64,000 nt of DNA, taken from Bdellovibrionales bacterium (GTDB lineage Bacteria > Bdellovibrionota > Bdellovibrionia > Bdellovibrionales > UBA1609). Position numbers and translations under genes: made by a program. Under the pieces are notes generated by a model that saw only the letters and a list, made by a program, of their open reading frames with translations, was not told the DNA's origin and made no database searches. How positions within the stretch are numbered: the stretch's first letter is position 1; each line of letters opens with the position of its first letter. Shown here piece by piece: positions 47,114-57,400 of the stretch. The DNA is taken from assembly GCA_015163875.1 (NCBI GenBank), contig JAAOIH010000003.1, positions 10,347-74,346 of the forward strand. Direction: 5' to 3'.

Positions 47114-48589
47114 ATGCATATTTACAATACACAAAGTAAAACAAAAGAAGAGTTTAAAGCTTTAAGCTCTAAAACAGTAAAAATGTATATTTGTGGCCCT
47201 ACAGTATATAATTTTTTACATATTGGTAACTTTAGAGGTCTAATTTTTTTTAACACAGTGGCATCTTGGTTTCAACATTTAGGCTTTAGCGTAGACTTTG
47301 TTTATAATTATACCGACATAGATGACAAAATTATTCAGGCGAGTATTGAAGAAAAAAAAACTCCATTAAAATTATCAGAACATTATATTAAAGAATTTGA
47401 AAAAGATAAAAAAAACTTAAAGTTATCTTTTACAAATATTAAACATCCAAAAGCAAGTGATCATATACAAAATATGATAAAATTTATACAAGATTTAGAA
47501 GAAAAAAATTTTGTATACGAGCTAAACTCAAGTTTATATTTTTCTGTAGAAAAACATTTAAACTACGGAAGGCTAAGCGGTCGTAATTTAAACGACAGTC
47601 ATTTAGGAACAAGAGCTAAAACCGAAAAAGGTAAAAAGCATCCAGCAGATTTTGTATTATGGAAGGCCGCCAAACAAGATGAGCCTTCGTGGGATTATAA
47701 AAGTATAAAAGAAAATAAAATTTACAAAGGCAGACCTGGCTGGCATATCGAATGCTCTGCTATGTCTAAATCTTTACTTGGAAAAGAGCTAGACATTCAT
47801 GGAGGGGGATTAGATTTGCTGTTCCCTCATCATGAAAATGAAATTGCACAAAGTGAATCATGTAATGATAAAACTTTTGCTAATTATTGGATGCATAATA
47901 ATATGATTAATTTTGGTGATAAAAAAATGTCTAAATCTTTAGGTAATATTATTTTAGGTAAAGATTTTATAAAAGAACATACTGGAGAGGTGTTAAAATT
48001 TTTAATGTTGTCTGTTCATTACAGAAGTGAATTAAATTTTAATTCAGAAAGTATATCTATGGCAACTTACAATACGGCAAAGTTTTACTCAGCATTAAAT
48101 AAAGCAGATATTATTTTAGAAAAACAAACACAAGACATTAGTTTGCTGTCTCAACAAGATAAAGAATATTTTTCTTTAATAGAAAAAAATATTACAGAAG
48201 CTTTTTGTGATGATTTTAATACTCCAGCAGTATTTGCAGAGTTATTTAAAATGTTAAATGCGTTTAATTTAAAAATTTCTGAAAATAAATTTAAAGAAAA
48301 AAAAGTTTATGCCTATGCTTTTAAAATATTAATTTTAAAAATAGGAAAATTTTTATCTTTGTTTCAAGAACATCCAAGTAGCTTTTTAACAGAGCTTGAT
48401 TTATTGCTACTAAAAGAAAAAAATTTAGATCCAAAAGAAATTAGTCAGCTAGTAAACAAAAGGTCAGAAGCTCGTAAAAACAAAGATTTTTTATTATCAG
48501 ATAATTTAAGACAAGACCTGCTAAGCAAAGGTATTCAAGTACAAGACTTAGCAAATGGCACAAGTATTTGGGAAGTAGAAAAAAAATAA
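47114..48589 (+). CDS. cysS: cysteinyl-tRNA synthetase
   Basis: CGPTVYNFLHIGN (HIGH) and KMSKSLGN motifs. WHIECSAM zinc site. Confidence 0.95.
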   Translation: MHIYNTQSKTKEEFKALSSKTVKMYICGPTVYNFLHIGNFRGLIFFNTVASWFQHLGFSVDFVYNYTDIDDKIIQASIEEKKTPLKLSEHYIKEFEKDKKNLKLSFTNIKHPKASDHIQNMIKFIQDLEEKNFVYELNSSLYFSVEKHLNYGRLSGRNLNDSHLGTRAKTEKGKKHPADFVLWKAAKQDEPSWDYKSIKENKIYKGRPGWHIECSAMSKSLLGKELDIHGGGLDLLFPHHENEIAQSESCNDKTFANYWMHNNMINFGDKKMSKSLGNIILGKDFIKEHTGEVLKFLMLSVHYRSELNFNSESISMATYNTAKFYSALNKADIILEKQTQDISLLSQQDKEYFSLIEKNITEAFCDDFNTPAVFAELFKMLNAFNLKISENKFKEKKVYAYAFKILILKIGKFLSLFQEHPSSFLTELDLLLLKEKNLDPKEISQLVNKRSEARKNKDFLLSDNLRQDLLSKGIQVQDLANGTSIWEVEKK

Positions 48590-48592
48590 AAA

Positions 48593-50653
48593 ATGTCTAA
48601 AAACAATTTTAAATTACACTCTAAATATAAGCCAGCAGGCGATCAAGTTAAGGCTATTAAAAATATTAATAGTAATATTAAATCTAATATAAAAGAACAA
48701 ACTTTATTAGGGGTAACAGGCTCTGGTAAAACTTTTACCATGGCTAATATTATAGAAAAAACAAATATCCCAAGTTTAATTTTAGCACCAAATAAAACTT
48801 TAGCAGCACAGCTTTATGAAGAATTTAGAAATTTGTTTCCAGAAAATGCTGTTGAATATTTTGTTTCATATTATGACTACTACCAACCAGAAGCTTATAT
48901 GCCTACAAGAGATTTATTTATAGAAAAAGATTCTGCAATTAACGAACAAATTGATTTAATGAGACACTCCGCAACCCATTCACTTCTTGCAAGAAGAGAT
49001 GTTTTAATTATATCAAGTGTGTCTTGTATTTATGGCTTAGGCTCTCCAGAAGTTTATGAAGACATGGTTATACAATTAGAAGTTAATCAAGAATTTAATC
49101 GTAATAATTTTTTAAAAGAACTTATTCGCATTCAATATAGTAGATCAGATAATGATTTTCATAGAGGAACTTTTAGAGTCAGGGGAGATATAGTTGATAT
49201 ATTTTTACCATACGAAGATCAAAAAGTATTACGAGTAGAATTTTTTGGAGATTTTATTGAAAATTTATCTTGGGTAGCTGTCTTTGGAGGTAAGCTTGTT
49301 AAAGAATTAGACAAGGCAGCTATTTATCCAGCCTCTCACCATGTAACTAATGAAGAAAAAACACAAAAAGCTAAAAAAACTATCGAAGCAGAATTAAAAA
49401 CAAGAATTAAATTTTACAAAGAACAAATGCATTACACAGAAATGGACAGAATTGAAAAAAGAACAGAATATGATTTAGAGCTTATGCAAGAAATGGGTTT
49501 TTGTCCCGGAATAGAAAATTACTCTAGACATTTTACAGGAAGAAAAGAGGGCGAACCTCCCCCAACATTATTAGAATATTTCCCTAAAGAATTTTTATGT
49601 TTTATTGATGAAAGCCATGTAACAGTTCCTCAAATTGGAGGAATGTATAGAGGCGACAGAAGTCGAAAAGAAACTTTAGTAAATTACGGGTTTAGACTTC
49701 CTTCAGCCCTTGATAATAGACCTTTAAATTTTCCTGAATTTAAAACTTTAATTGATAAGATAGTTTATGTTTCAGCAACTCCAGGAAACTATGAATTAGA
49801 ACAAAGTGGAGATAAAATTATTCAACAAGTTATTCGCCCAACAGGTTTGCTTGACCCTGTAGTGGAGGTGCGGCCAGCAACAAATCAAGTGGAAAATTTA
49901 CTTAAAGAAATTAAAAAAATAATAAAAAACAAAGAGAGAGTTTTAGTAACAACTTTAACTAAAAAAAGTTCAGAATCTTTGCAAAATTATTACGAAAACC
50001 AAGGATTAAAAGTAAAGTACTTACATAGCGAAATTAAAACTGTAGAAAGAACAGAAATTATAAGAGAACTTCGCCTAGGTGTTTTTGATATACTAATTGG
50101 AATTAATTTATTAAGAGAGGGTTTAGATATTCCAGAGGTAAGTTTAGTAGCAATTTTAGATGCAGACAAAGAAGGTTTTTTAAGATCAGAAAGATCACTT
50201 ATACAAACCATCGGGAGGGCTGCTAGACATTTAAATGGTAGGGTAATTTTATACGGAGACAAAATTACTAAGTCTATGAATATGGCAATTAAAGAAACAG
50301 AACGACGCCGTAAAATTCAAGAAGAATATAATTTAAAAAACAATATTTCTCCAAAAGGTATAAAAAAAGAAATTGGAAAAAGCTTATTAGATATGTATTC
50401 CAGTTTATCTTCACAAGAATATTCTAATACAAAAGCTATTAATTCTGTGTCAGAGGTTCACAAAAAATATGAGGTTGGTTATGATTTGCAAAACTCCTCT
50501 AATGCAAAAATGTTAAAACAAATAGATAAAGATAAGAAAAAATTAAAAACACAAATGAAAAATGCCTCAAAAAATTTAGAGTTTGAAGAAGCAGCTTTAT
50601 TAAGGGATCAAATTAAAAAATTAGAGATTTTAGAGTTAAAAGTTTTAGAGTAA
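48593..50653 (+). CDS. uvrB: excinuclease ABC subunit B
   Basis: GVTGSGKTFT Walker A, beta-hairpin region YYDYYQPEAY, helicase motifs, and C-terminal UVR domain (FEEAALLRDQIKKL). Confidence 0.95.
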   Translation: MSKNNFKLHSKYKPAGDQVKAIKNINSNIKSNIKEQTLLGVTGSGKTFTMANIIEKTNIPSLILAPNKTLAAQLYEEFRNLFPENAVEYFVSYYDYYQPEAYMPTRDLFIEKDSAINEQIDLMRHSATHSLLARRDVLIISSVSCIYGLGSPEVYEDMVIQLEVNQEFNRNNFLKELIRIQYSRSDNDFHRGTFRVRGDIVDIFLPYEDQKVLRVEFFGDFIENLSWVAVFGGKLVKELDKAAIYPASHHVTNEEKTQKAKKTIEAELKTRIKFYKEQMHYTEMDRIEKRTEYDLELMQEMGFCPGIENYSRHFTGRKEGEPPPTLLEYFPKEFLCFIDESHVTVPQIGGMYRGDRSRKETLVNYGFRLPSALDNRPLNFPEFKTLIDKIVYVSATPGNYELEQSGDKIIQQVIRPTGLLDPVVEVRPATNQVENLLKEIKKIIKNKERVLVTTLTKKSSESLQNYYENQGLKVKYLHSEIKTVERTEIIRELRLGVFDILIGINLLREGLDIPEVSLVAILDADKEGFLRSERSLIQTIGRAARHLNGRVILYGDKITKSMNMAIKETERRRKIQEEYNLKNNISPKGIKKEIGKSLLDMYSSLSSQEYSNTKAINSVSEVHKKYEVGYDLQNSSNAKMLKQIDKDKKKLKTQMKNASKNLEFEEAALLRDQIKKLEILELKVLE

Positions 50654-50726
50654 CTCTGTTGAAATATACGGGTGACTATTATAATAAATTATATATATTC
50701 ATAGATATAAAAAATAAGGAGCTAAA

Positions 50727-51659
50727 ATGTCCCCCAGAGTTAGTGAAATTTTATCTTGGTACTCTTCTGAAAACTCAGGTGTTTTAAGTAACTTAGCTAG
50801 GTTATTTAATCAAGGCAAGCTATCTGGCACAGGCAAGTTAGTAATACTTCCAGTAGACCAGGGGTTTGAACATGGCCCAGCCCGTAGTTTTTCAGACAAT
50901 CCATATGCCTATGACCCTGATTATCATTTTGAATTAGCAATTCAAGCGGGATTAAGTGCTTATGCTGCCCCCTTAGGTTTTTTACAAGCTTCAAGCCATC
51001 GTTTTGCTGGCGAAATTCCTTTAATTTTAAAAATGAATAATTCAGAAAGTCTTTGGGCAGAAAATGTAGCTCCTATTTCTTCAATCACAGCTTCTGTAGA
51101 TGATGCCTTAAAACTAGGATGCTCTGCAATAGGATTAACTATTTATCCAGGAAGTGCAGATCGTAAAATGATGTATGAAGAAGTTGCAGAAATTTCTAAA
51201 GAAGCTCGCAGCAAAGGCTTAGCTGTAATTATATGGTCTTATGCTAGGGGAGGCGATATTTCTAAACAAGGACAAACAGCAATTGATGTTGTTGCTTACG
51301 CGGCTCAAATTGCAGCTCAACTTGGTGCACATATTATTAAAGTAAAACCTCCAACAGAATATATCGAGCAAGAAGCTGCAAAAAAAGTTTATGTTAAAAA
51401 TAAAATAAAAATTAGTTCTTTAAAAGATAGAGTTAGTCATATTTTAGATTCAACTTTTAATGGAAAGCGCATTCTTATTTTCAGTGGAGGTGAAGCAAAA
51501 TCTACAGAAGATATTTTATCAGAAATTAAATCTTTAGCAGCAGGTGGAAGTTTTGGAAGCATTGTTGGTAGAAATGCTTTTCAAAGACCAAAAAAAGAAG
51601 CTATATCTTTATTGCAAAATATAATGGATATTTATACTGAAATTGATACTAAAAAATAA
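50727..51659 (+). CDS. fbaB: class I fructose-bisphosphate aldolase, FbaB/DhnA type
   Basis: Strong resemblance, from memory, to E. coli FbaB (GKLSGTGKLVILPVDQGFEHGP, IIKVK Schiff-base lysine region, IFSGG...GRNAFQ). Confidence 0.8.
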   Translation: MSPRVSEILSWYSSENSGVLSNLARLFNQGKLSGTGKLVILPVDQGFEHGPARSFSDNPYAYDPDYHFELAIQAGLSAYAAPLGFLQASSHRFAGEIPLILKMNNSESLWAENVAPISSITASVDDALKLGCSAIGLTIYPGSADRKMMYEEVAEISKEARSKGLAVIIWSYARGGDISKQGQTAIDVVAYAAQIAAQLGAHIIKVKPPTEYIEQEAAKKVYVKNKIKISSLKDRVSHILDSTFNGKRILIFSGGEAKSTEDILSEIKSLAAGGSFGSIVGRNAFQRPKKEAISLLQNIMDIYTEIDTKK

Positions 51660-51689
51660 ATTTTTAATAAAACAATATATGAGAATCTA

Positions 51690-53186
51690 ATGAAAGAAAA
51701 TCCATTAAAACTTGAAAAACAAAAAAAATTAAAAATCTTAAAAGAAGCAGGCATTGACCCATTTCCTCATAATTTTTCTAGAACTCATACGACTAAATCA
51801 GTTTTTGATAAACATAAAGACATAGAAACAGGGCAGGCATTAAGTGATTCTGTTTTTGTTGTAGCCGGAAGAGTTATGACAAAAAGAGATATGGGAAAGG
51901 CTGCTTTTTTTACAATTCAAGACGATAGCGGACAAATACAAATTTATTTAAAAATAAACGAATTAGAAATCACAGATGCTACTAATTTAGATACACAAAA
52001 ACAGCAAATTAGTTTTAAAAATTTAGACATAGGCGACATTGTAGGTGTTCAGGGTCATGTTTTTAAAACTAAAAAGGGCGAGCTGTCTATCCGTGCAAAA
52101 AGTTTTCAAATTTTATGTAAAAGTTTAGAGCCATTACCTGAAAAATTTCATGGATTAACTGATATAGAATTAAAATATCGATACAGACATTTAGATTTAA
52201 TTATGAACAAAGAATCTAAAAAAGTTTTTCAAACAAGATCTAAAATTATTAAAGAAGTTAGAAATTTTTTAAATGACCGCGGATTTTTAGAAGTAGAAAC
52301 TCCAGTGCTTCAACCAATTTATGGAGGGGCTGCAGCAAAACCATTTGCAACTCATCACAAAACATTAGATATGGAATTGTTTTTAAAAATTAGTCCAGAA
52401 TTATATTTAAAAAGATTAATTGTTGGCGGTTTTGAAAAAGTTTATGAAATTGGTAAAAATTTTCGTAACGAAGGAATGGACAGAACTCATAATCCAGAAT
52501 TTACAATGCTAGAATATTACGAAGCTTATACAGATTACAATGATCAAATGAAGCAATTTGAAGAACTAGTAAGCACAGTAGTAAAAAATATTACAGGTAG
52601 TTATAAAGTTATATTTCAAGATAAAGAAATTGATTTTACACCTCCATGGTCAAGGTTAACAGTTCATGATGGAATTAAAAAACATGCTAATTTTAACCCC
52701 GATGATTTAAGTGATAAAGATTTATTTGATAAAATAAAATCTTTAGGAAGTGATTTAAAACCTGATATGTCTAGAGGCCATATGATTATGGAAGCTTTTG
52801 AGATAACAGTTGAAAAGCATTTATGGCAACCAACTTTTATTACCGACTTTCCAATTTCTGTTTCACCTTTAACTAAAAAACATAGAAGTAAAAAAGATCT
52901 AGTAGAAAGATTTGAACCAATGGTTGCTTGTATGGAATTAGGAAATTCTTATACAGAGCTAAATGATCCAGAAGATCAGTTATCAAGATTAAAAGAGCAA
53001 GAAGCTTCAAGACTTGTAGACGACGAAGCACAACCTATGGATAAAGATTTTTTACACGCAATCGAAGTTGGAATGCCTCCCACAGGAGGAGTTGGTATAG
53101 GCATTGAAAGATTAGTAATGTTAGTTACTGGTCAAAGCAGCATAAGAGATATTTTACTTTTTCCAACCATGAAAAAAAATTCTTAA
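51690..53186 (+). CDS. lysS: lysyl-tRNA synthetase, class II
   Basis: OB-fold N-domain. Class II motifs (FRNEGMDRTHNPEFTMLE, GGVGIGIERLVML). Confidence 0.95.
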   Translation: MKENPLKLEKQKKLKILKEAGIDPFPHNFSRTHTTKSVFDKHKDIETGQALSDSVFVVAGRVMTKRDMGKAAFFTIQDDSGQIQIYLKINELEITDATNLDTQKQQISFKNLDIGDIVGVQGHVFKTKKGELSIRAKSFQILCKSLEPLPEKFHGLTDIELKYRYRHLDLIMNKESKKVFQTRSKIIKEVRNFLNDRGFLEVETPVLQPIYGGAAAKPFATHHKTLDMELFLKISPELYLKRLIVGGFEKVYEIGKNFRNEGMDRTHNPEFTMLEYYEAYTDYNDQMKQFEELVSTVVKNITGSYKVIFQDKEIDFTPPWSRLTVHDGIKKHANFNPDDLSDKDLFDKIKSLGSDLKPDMSRGHMIMEAFEITVEKHLWQPTFITDFPISVSPLTKKHRSKKDLVERFEPMVACMELGNSYTELNDPEDQLSRLKEQEASRLVDDEAQPMDKDFLHAIEVGMPPTGGVGIGIERLVMLVTGQSSIRDILLFPTMKKNS

Positions 53187-53241
53187 TTTTTAAAAATAAT
53201 AAATAATACAAAAAAAATAAAAAAATCTCTAAAAAATAATA

Positions 53242-55323
53242 ATGCCTAAACTTTATGCAGACACTAATCTTCAATACATAAAAGGTGTTGGGCCTAAAAC
53301 TGCAGAAGCTTTTTATGAAAAAGGCATTACTAATTTAGAAGAGCTTTTACAATTTTATCCTAGAACTTATGAAGACAACAGAATTGCAACAAAAATTGCA
53401 AGCTTAAAGCCGGGGTCTAGAGTTTCGTTAATTGCAGAAATTTACAGCATTCAATCTAATTCTCATTCTCGTAGACACGAATTAATTATTCAAGACAGTA
53501 CTGGGCAAATTAGTTGTTCTTTTTTTAGATTACCTTATAGAGGTTATTTTAATCAATTTCAAAGAGGCTTTAAAGTTAAAGTTAGCGGAACAGTTAGCAT
53601 TTATAGAGGCAAATTGCAATTTAATCACCCCCAAGTTTCTTTGCTTAAAAAAGATGAAGTTTTAGAAGATAAATTAATTTCTGTTTACCCAGAGCTAAGC
53701 ATATCATCTGTAAAAATTAGAAGCATTATGGATTCAGCTCTTGAGGCTTTTAATAATAAAGAAAATATTATTACATTAAAAGAGGTTTTGCCTTTGTGGT
53801 TGCAAAAAGAATTTAATATTTTAGATTTACAAAAAACATTATTAAATATTCATAAACCAAATATAAAAGATGCAGAAGATTTTTTAAATTTTAAAACATC
53901 TTATCAAAAAAGAATTATTTTTGAAGAATTTTTTTACTTACAATTACATTTAGCTTTAAAAAAATATGGAATGATTGAGCAAAAATCCATTAGCATGAAA
54001 AAGCAAACTAAATTAGTAAATAATTTTTTAGATTCTTTAGGTTTTAAGTTAACAGATGCACAAGCTACAGCTTTTAACGAAATTGAGTCAGATTTGTATG
54101 GCACAAAAGTTATGCACAGATTATTACAGGGTGATGTTGGTAGCGGAAAAACTTTAGTAGCTTTATTATCTGTGTTAACAGTAATTGCTAACGGATATCA
54201 GGCAGTTTTAATGGTGCCAACCGAGGTTTTAGCAAAGCAGCATTTTAAAACAGCATTTTCTATATTAAAAAAATTAGGTTTTAAAACAGAATTATTAACA
54301 GGAAGTATAAAAGCTAAAGAAAAAAAACAAATTGTAGAAAAACTATCAAGTGGCGAAATAGATTTTTGTATCGGAACTCATGCAGTTATTCAAAGCACTG
54401 TAAAATTTAAAAACTTAGCATTAGTTATTGTTGACGAGCAACATAGGTTTGGAGTGGGACAAAGAAATAAATTGCATTCAAAAGCTTGCAACCCACATTT
54501 TTTAGTTATGACGGCAACTCCCATTCCTAGAACATTATCTATGACAGTTTATGGAGACTTAGACACCTCCGTATTAAAAGAAAAACCAAAAGGCAGACAG
54601 CCTATTATTACAAGAGCTATTTATGAAAACAAAAAAGACAAAGTATGGGATTTTGTTTTAAAACAAATTACCGCAGGAAGGCAGGCTTATATTATTTATC
54701 CATTAGTTGAGGAAAGTGAAAAATTAGATTTACAAAATGTAACTGACTCTTATGAAAAATTAAAAAATATTTTTCCTAAATCAGTTAAGTTAGCATTGCT
54801 TCATGGAAGAATGAAATCTGAAGAAAAAGATCAAGTAATGAAAAAATTAGAAAATAAAGAAATAGATATTTTAGTATCTACAACAGTAATTGAAGTCGGC
54901 ATAGATATACCTAATGCAAATATTATTGTTATTGAAAATGCTGAAAGATTTGGCTTGGCTCAATTACACCAACTAAGAGGCAGGGTAGGTAGAGGACTTC
55001 ATAAAAGTTATTGTGTATTAATTTCTTCTTTTAAATCTTCTAAAGAATCTTTTGATAGAACAAGAATTTTAGAAAACTCTGATGATGGTTTTTTTATAGC
55101 CGAAGAAGATTTAAACTTAAGAGGCCCTGGTGATATGTCAGGACTTAGGCAATCTGGAATTCCTGATTTTAAAATGGCAAATATAATTCGTGATGTTTTA
55201 ACTTTAAAAGAAGCAAGGCTTGCGGCATTTAAGTTAATAAAAAAAGATCCAAAACTTGAGTTGTTAGAGCATCAAAATTTAAAATCAGCATATAAAAAAT
55301 ATTCAAAAAATTTTATAGCTTAA
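53242..55323 (+). CDS. recG: ATP-dependent DNA helicase RecG
   Basis: Wedge domain. Helicase motifs (GDVGSGKT, DEQHRFGV, TATPIPRT, QLHQLRGRVGRG). Confidence 0.9.
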   Translation: MPKLYADTNLQYIKGVGPKTAEAFYEKGITNLEELLQFYPRTYEDNRIATKIASLKPGSRVSLIAEIYSIQSNSHSRRHELIIQDSTGQISCSFFRLPYRGYFNQFQRGFKVKVSGTVSIYRGKLQFNHPQVSLLKKDEVLEDKLISVYPELSISSVKIRSIMDSALEAFNNKENIITLKEVLPLWLQKEFNILDLQKTLLNIHKPNIKDAEDFLNFKTSYQKRIIFEEFFYLQLHLALKKYGMIEQKSISMKKQTKLVNNFLDSLGFKLTDAQATAFNEIESDLYGTKVMHRLLQGDVGSGKTLVALLSVLTVIANGYQAVLMVPTEVLAKQHFKTAFSILKKLGFKTELLTGSIKAKEKKQIVEKLSSGEIDFCIGTHAVIQSTVKFKNLALVIVDEQHRFGVGQRNKLHSKACNPHFLVMTATPIPRTLSMTVYGDLDTSVLKEKPKGRQPIITRAIYENKKDKVWDFVLKQITAGRQAYIIYPLVEESEKLDLQNVTDSYEKLKNIFPKSVKLALLHGRMKSEEKDQVMKKLENKEIDILVSTTVIEVGIDIPNANIIVIENAERFGLAQLHQLRGRVGRGLHKSYCVLISSFKSSKESFDRTRILENSDDGFFIAEEDLNLRGPGDMSGLRQSGIPDFKMANIIRDVLTLKEARLAAFKLIKKDPKLELLEHQNLKSAYKKYSKNFIA

Positions 55324-55345
55324 TTTTGGCAACTAACAGATACAT

Positions 55346-55603
55346 TTATCGAAAGTACAAAGGGTAGTGAGTCCAGAAGTTTTGTTTTGTAGTAAATTTA
55401 AAAGTTATTTTTTTAAAAACTGCTAATGCACAATTTTGTAAATATGTATTTAGATTAGAGGATATAACATAAGTTTCGGTAATTTTATTATTTATTATAT
55501 GAAGATTAACTAACATTTTTCCAGTAGGTTTTATATTTTTTCTTAAAGCATTAGCTTGGCAGTATAAAAAATATTTTTTATATTTTTTTATATTTCTAAA
55601 ACC
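55346..55603 (-). pseudogene. possible gene remnant or small ORF where rplL would be expected
   Basis: Hand translation of the minus strand: the frame is open from the rplJ stop to the TAA at 55346-55348. An internal ATG at 55516 gives 56 aa (MLVNLHIINNKITETYVISSNLNTYLQNCALAVFKKITFKFTTKQNFWTHYPLYFR). No RBS seen. It is reminiscent of a TonB-C/AgmX-type C-terminal domain lacking its N-terminus, but this is from memory and weak. Confidence 0.2.
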
Positions 55604-56128
55604 TTAAGCTGCGTTATCTTTTTTTGCAGCTAATACCCTAACAAATTTACTAGGAACTTCGTTTATAGTTCTCACTAATTGAGTTGCTGGTGTAGTAAGT
55701 AAGCTTAGTAATTGTGATCTTAATTCATCTTTAGATGCCAAACTTCCAAGGTGAATAATTTGAGCAGAACTTAATTCTTGCCCCTCCATTATTCCTTTTT
55801 TTAGTTTAAATGCTTCTACAGATTTTGAACATTTACTAATTACCTTTGCAACAGCTGAAACTTCGTTATAAGCAAAAACAAAAGCATTTGTTCCTACTAA
55901 GCCTGAAGATAGTACTTCGTTACTTTCTTTGTGATCTTTTAAAGCTATGCGAGCTAGTGTGTTTTTAGTCACACGCAACTTTCCCTCACAAGAGCTAAGG
56001 TCTTTGCGGAGCTTAGTTACCTGAGATACATCCATGCCTTTAAAATCTACTAAAAAAGTAGCATTTGCTTCGGTTAAAGATTTAGAAATAGCATTAATTT
56101 CTAATGACTTTTTCTCTTTTGCCAACAC
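55604..56128 (-). CDS. rplJ: 50S ribosomal protein L10
   Basis: L10 sequence. GTG start 8 nt after AAGGAGG (56143-56137 on the minus strand). Confidence 0.9.
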   Translation of the reverse strand: MLAKEKKSLEINAISKSLTEANATFLVDFKGMDVSQVTKLRKDLSSCEGKLRVTKNTLARIALKDHKESNEVLSSGLVGTNAFVFAYNEVSAVAKVISKCSKSVEAFKLKKGIMEGQELSSAQIIHLGSLASKDELRSQLLSLLTTPATQLVRTINEVPSKFVRVLAAKKDNAA

Positions 56129-56178
56129 CTTATATTCCTCCTTTTCTTTTTTTCAAAGAAACACTCAGGATCGTTTCG

Positions 56179-56216
56179 ATAGGGTTTTTGTTTTAAGTTT
56201 TTTTCAAAACCCCTAT
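56179..56216 (-). promoter_or_regulatory. hairpin in the rplA-rplJ spacer (candidate L10 leader or attenuator structure)
   Basis: ATAGGGTTTT (56179-56188) pairs with AAAACCCCTAT (56206-56216) with one bulged C and a ~17-nt loop. The 127-nt spacer is otherwise unexplained. Confidence 0.35.
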
Positions 56217-56255
56217 TGTCTTAAACTGGCGCCTTCTTTTTGTTACTAACTTAAT

Positions 56256-56954
56256 CTAAATGGCTGCTTGCGATGAAGCTACATCCATTTTTATACCTGG
56301 GCCCATTGTCATAGACAATGCAATTCCCTGTAAATAAATACCCTTGCTAGAAGATGGTTTAGCTTTTACCACTGTATCTAAAAATACTTTGTAGTTTTCT
56401 TTTAGCTTTTCTTCTCCTAAAGATTTTCTTCCAATTATTACATGAATAATTCCTGCCTTTTCTACTCGAAAAGCAAGTTTACCTTGTTTTTCAACCGTCA
56501 CAGCTTTTGCAACATCTTGTGTAACTGTTCCAACTTTAGGACTTGGCATTAAACCACGAGGCCCTAAAACTTTTGCAACCTTTGCAACAGTTGACATTAA
56601 ATCTGGTGTAGAAATAACTTTATCAAAATCTAACCATCCACCTTTAATTTTTTCTACCAATTCATCAGAGCCAACAAAATCTGCACCTGCATCTTGAGCT
56701 GCTTTAACTTTGTCACCTTTTGCAAATACAATTACTCTTATACTTTTTCCAAGTCCGTTAGGTAATGGAACCGAACCCCTTACCTGTTGGTCAGATTGTT
56801 TTGCATCAACGCCTAATTTAATAGCAACCTCTACAGATTCATCAAATTTAGCTGTTGCTGTTTCTAGTAAAAGCTTAAAGCCCTCGTCAAAACTATGCAG
56901 CTTATCTACTTCTACCATTTCTGAAATTTTTTTAAATCTTTTTCCAATACTCAT
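56256..56954 (-). CDS. rplA: 50S ribosomal protein L1
   Basis: Canonical L1 sequence (GKSIRVIVFAKGDK, LGPRGLMPSPKVGTVT). Confidence 0.95.
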   Translation of the reverse strand: MSIGKRFKKISEMVEVDKLHSFDEGFKLLLETATAKFDESVEVAIKLGVDAKQSDQQVRGSVPLPNGLGKSIRVIVFAKGDKVKAAQDAGADFVGSDELVEKIKGGWLDFDKVISTPDLMSTVAKVAKVLGPRGLMPSPKVGTVTQDVAKAVTVEKQGKLAFRVEKAGIIHVIIGRKSLGEEKLKENYKVFLDTVVKAKPSSSKGIYLQGIALSMTMGPGIKMDVASSQAAI

Positions 56955-56962
56955 AATTATAC

Positions 56963-57385
56963 CTATTTAACCTCTAGTCCCATGCTATTAGCAGTCCCTT
57001 TTATTTGCGAAACTGCAGATTCTAAACTAGTACAATTTAAATCTACCAATTTAATTTTAGCAATTTCTTCTACTTGTTTTATAGTTATTGTCCCAGCCGT
57101 GTCTTTTTGAGGTTGAGCTGATCCACTTTTAATTTTAGAATAAGTTTTTAATAATACAGAAGCTGGTGGAGTTTTTGTAATAAAAGTAAAACTTCTGTCT
57201 TTAAAAACAGTTATAACAACTGGTATAATCATGCCAGCTTCTTTTTGAGTTTTTGCGTTAAACTGTTTACAAAAATCCATGATGTTAACACCATGTTGGC
57301 CTAATGCAGGTCCAATTGGAGGTGAAGGGTTAGCCTTACCTGCTTGAATTTGTAATTTAATTTGTCCTGTTATTTCTTTTGCCAT
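56963..57385 (-). CDS. rplK: 50S ribosomal protein L11
   Basis: Canonical L11 ([34 protein letters not shown]). Confidence 0.95.
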   Translation of the reverse strand: MAKEITGQIKLQIQAGKANPSPPIGPALGQHGVNIMDFCKQFNAKTQKEAGMIIPVVITVFKDRSFTFITKTPPASVLLKTYSKIKSGSAQPQKDTAGTITIKQVEEIAKIKLVDLNCTSLESAVSQIKGTANSMGLEVK

Positions 57386-57400
57386 AATTAAACCTTTTTA

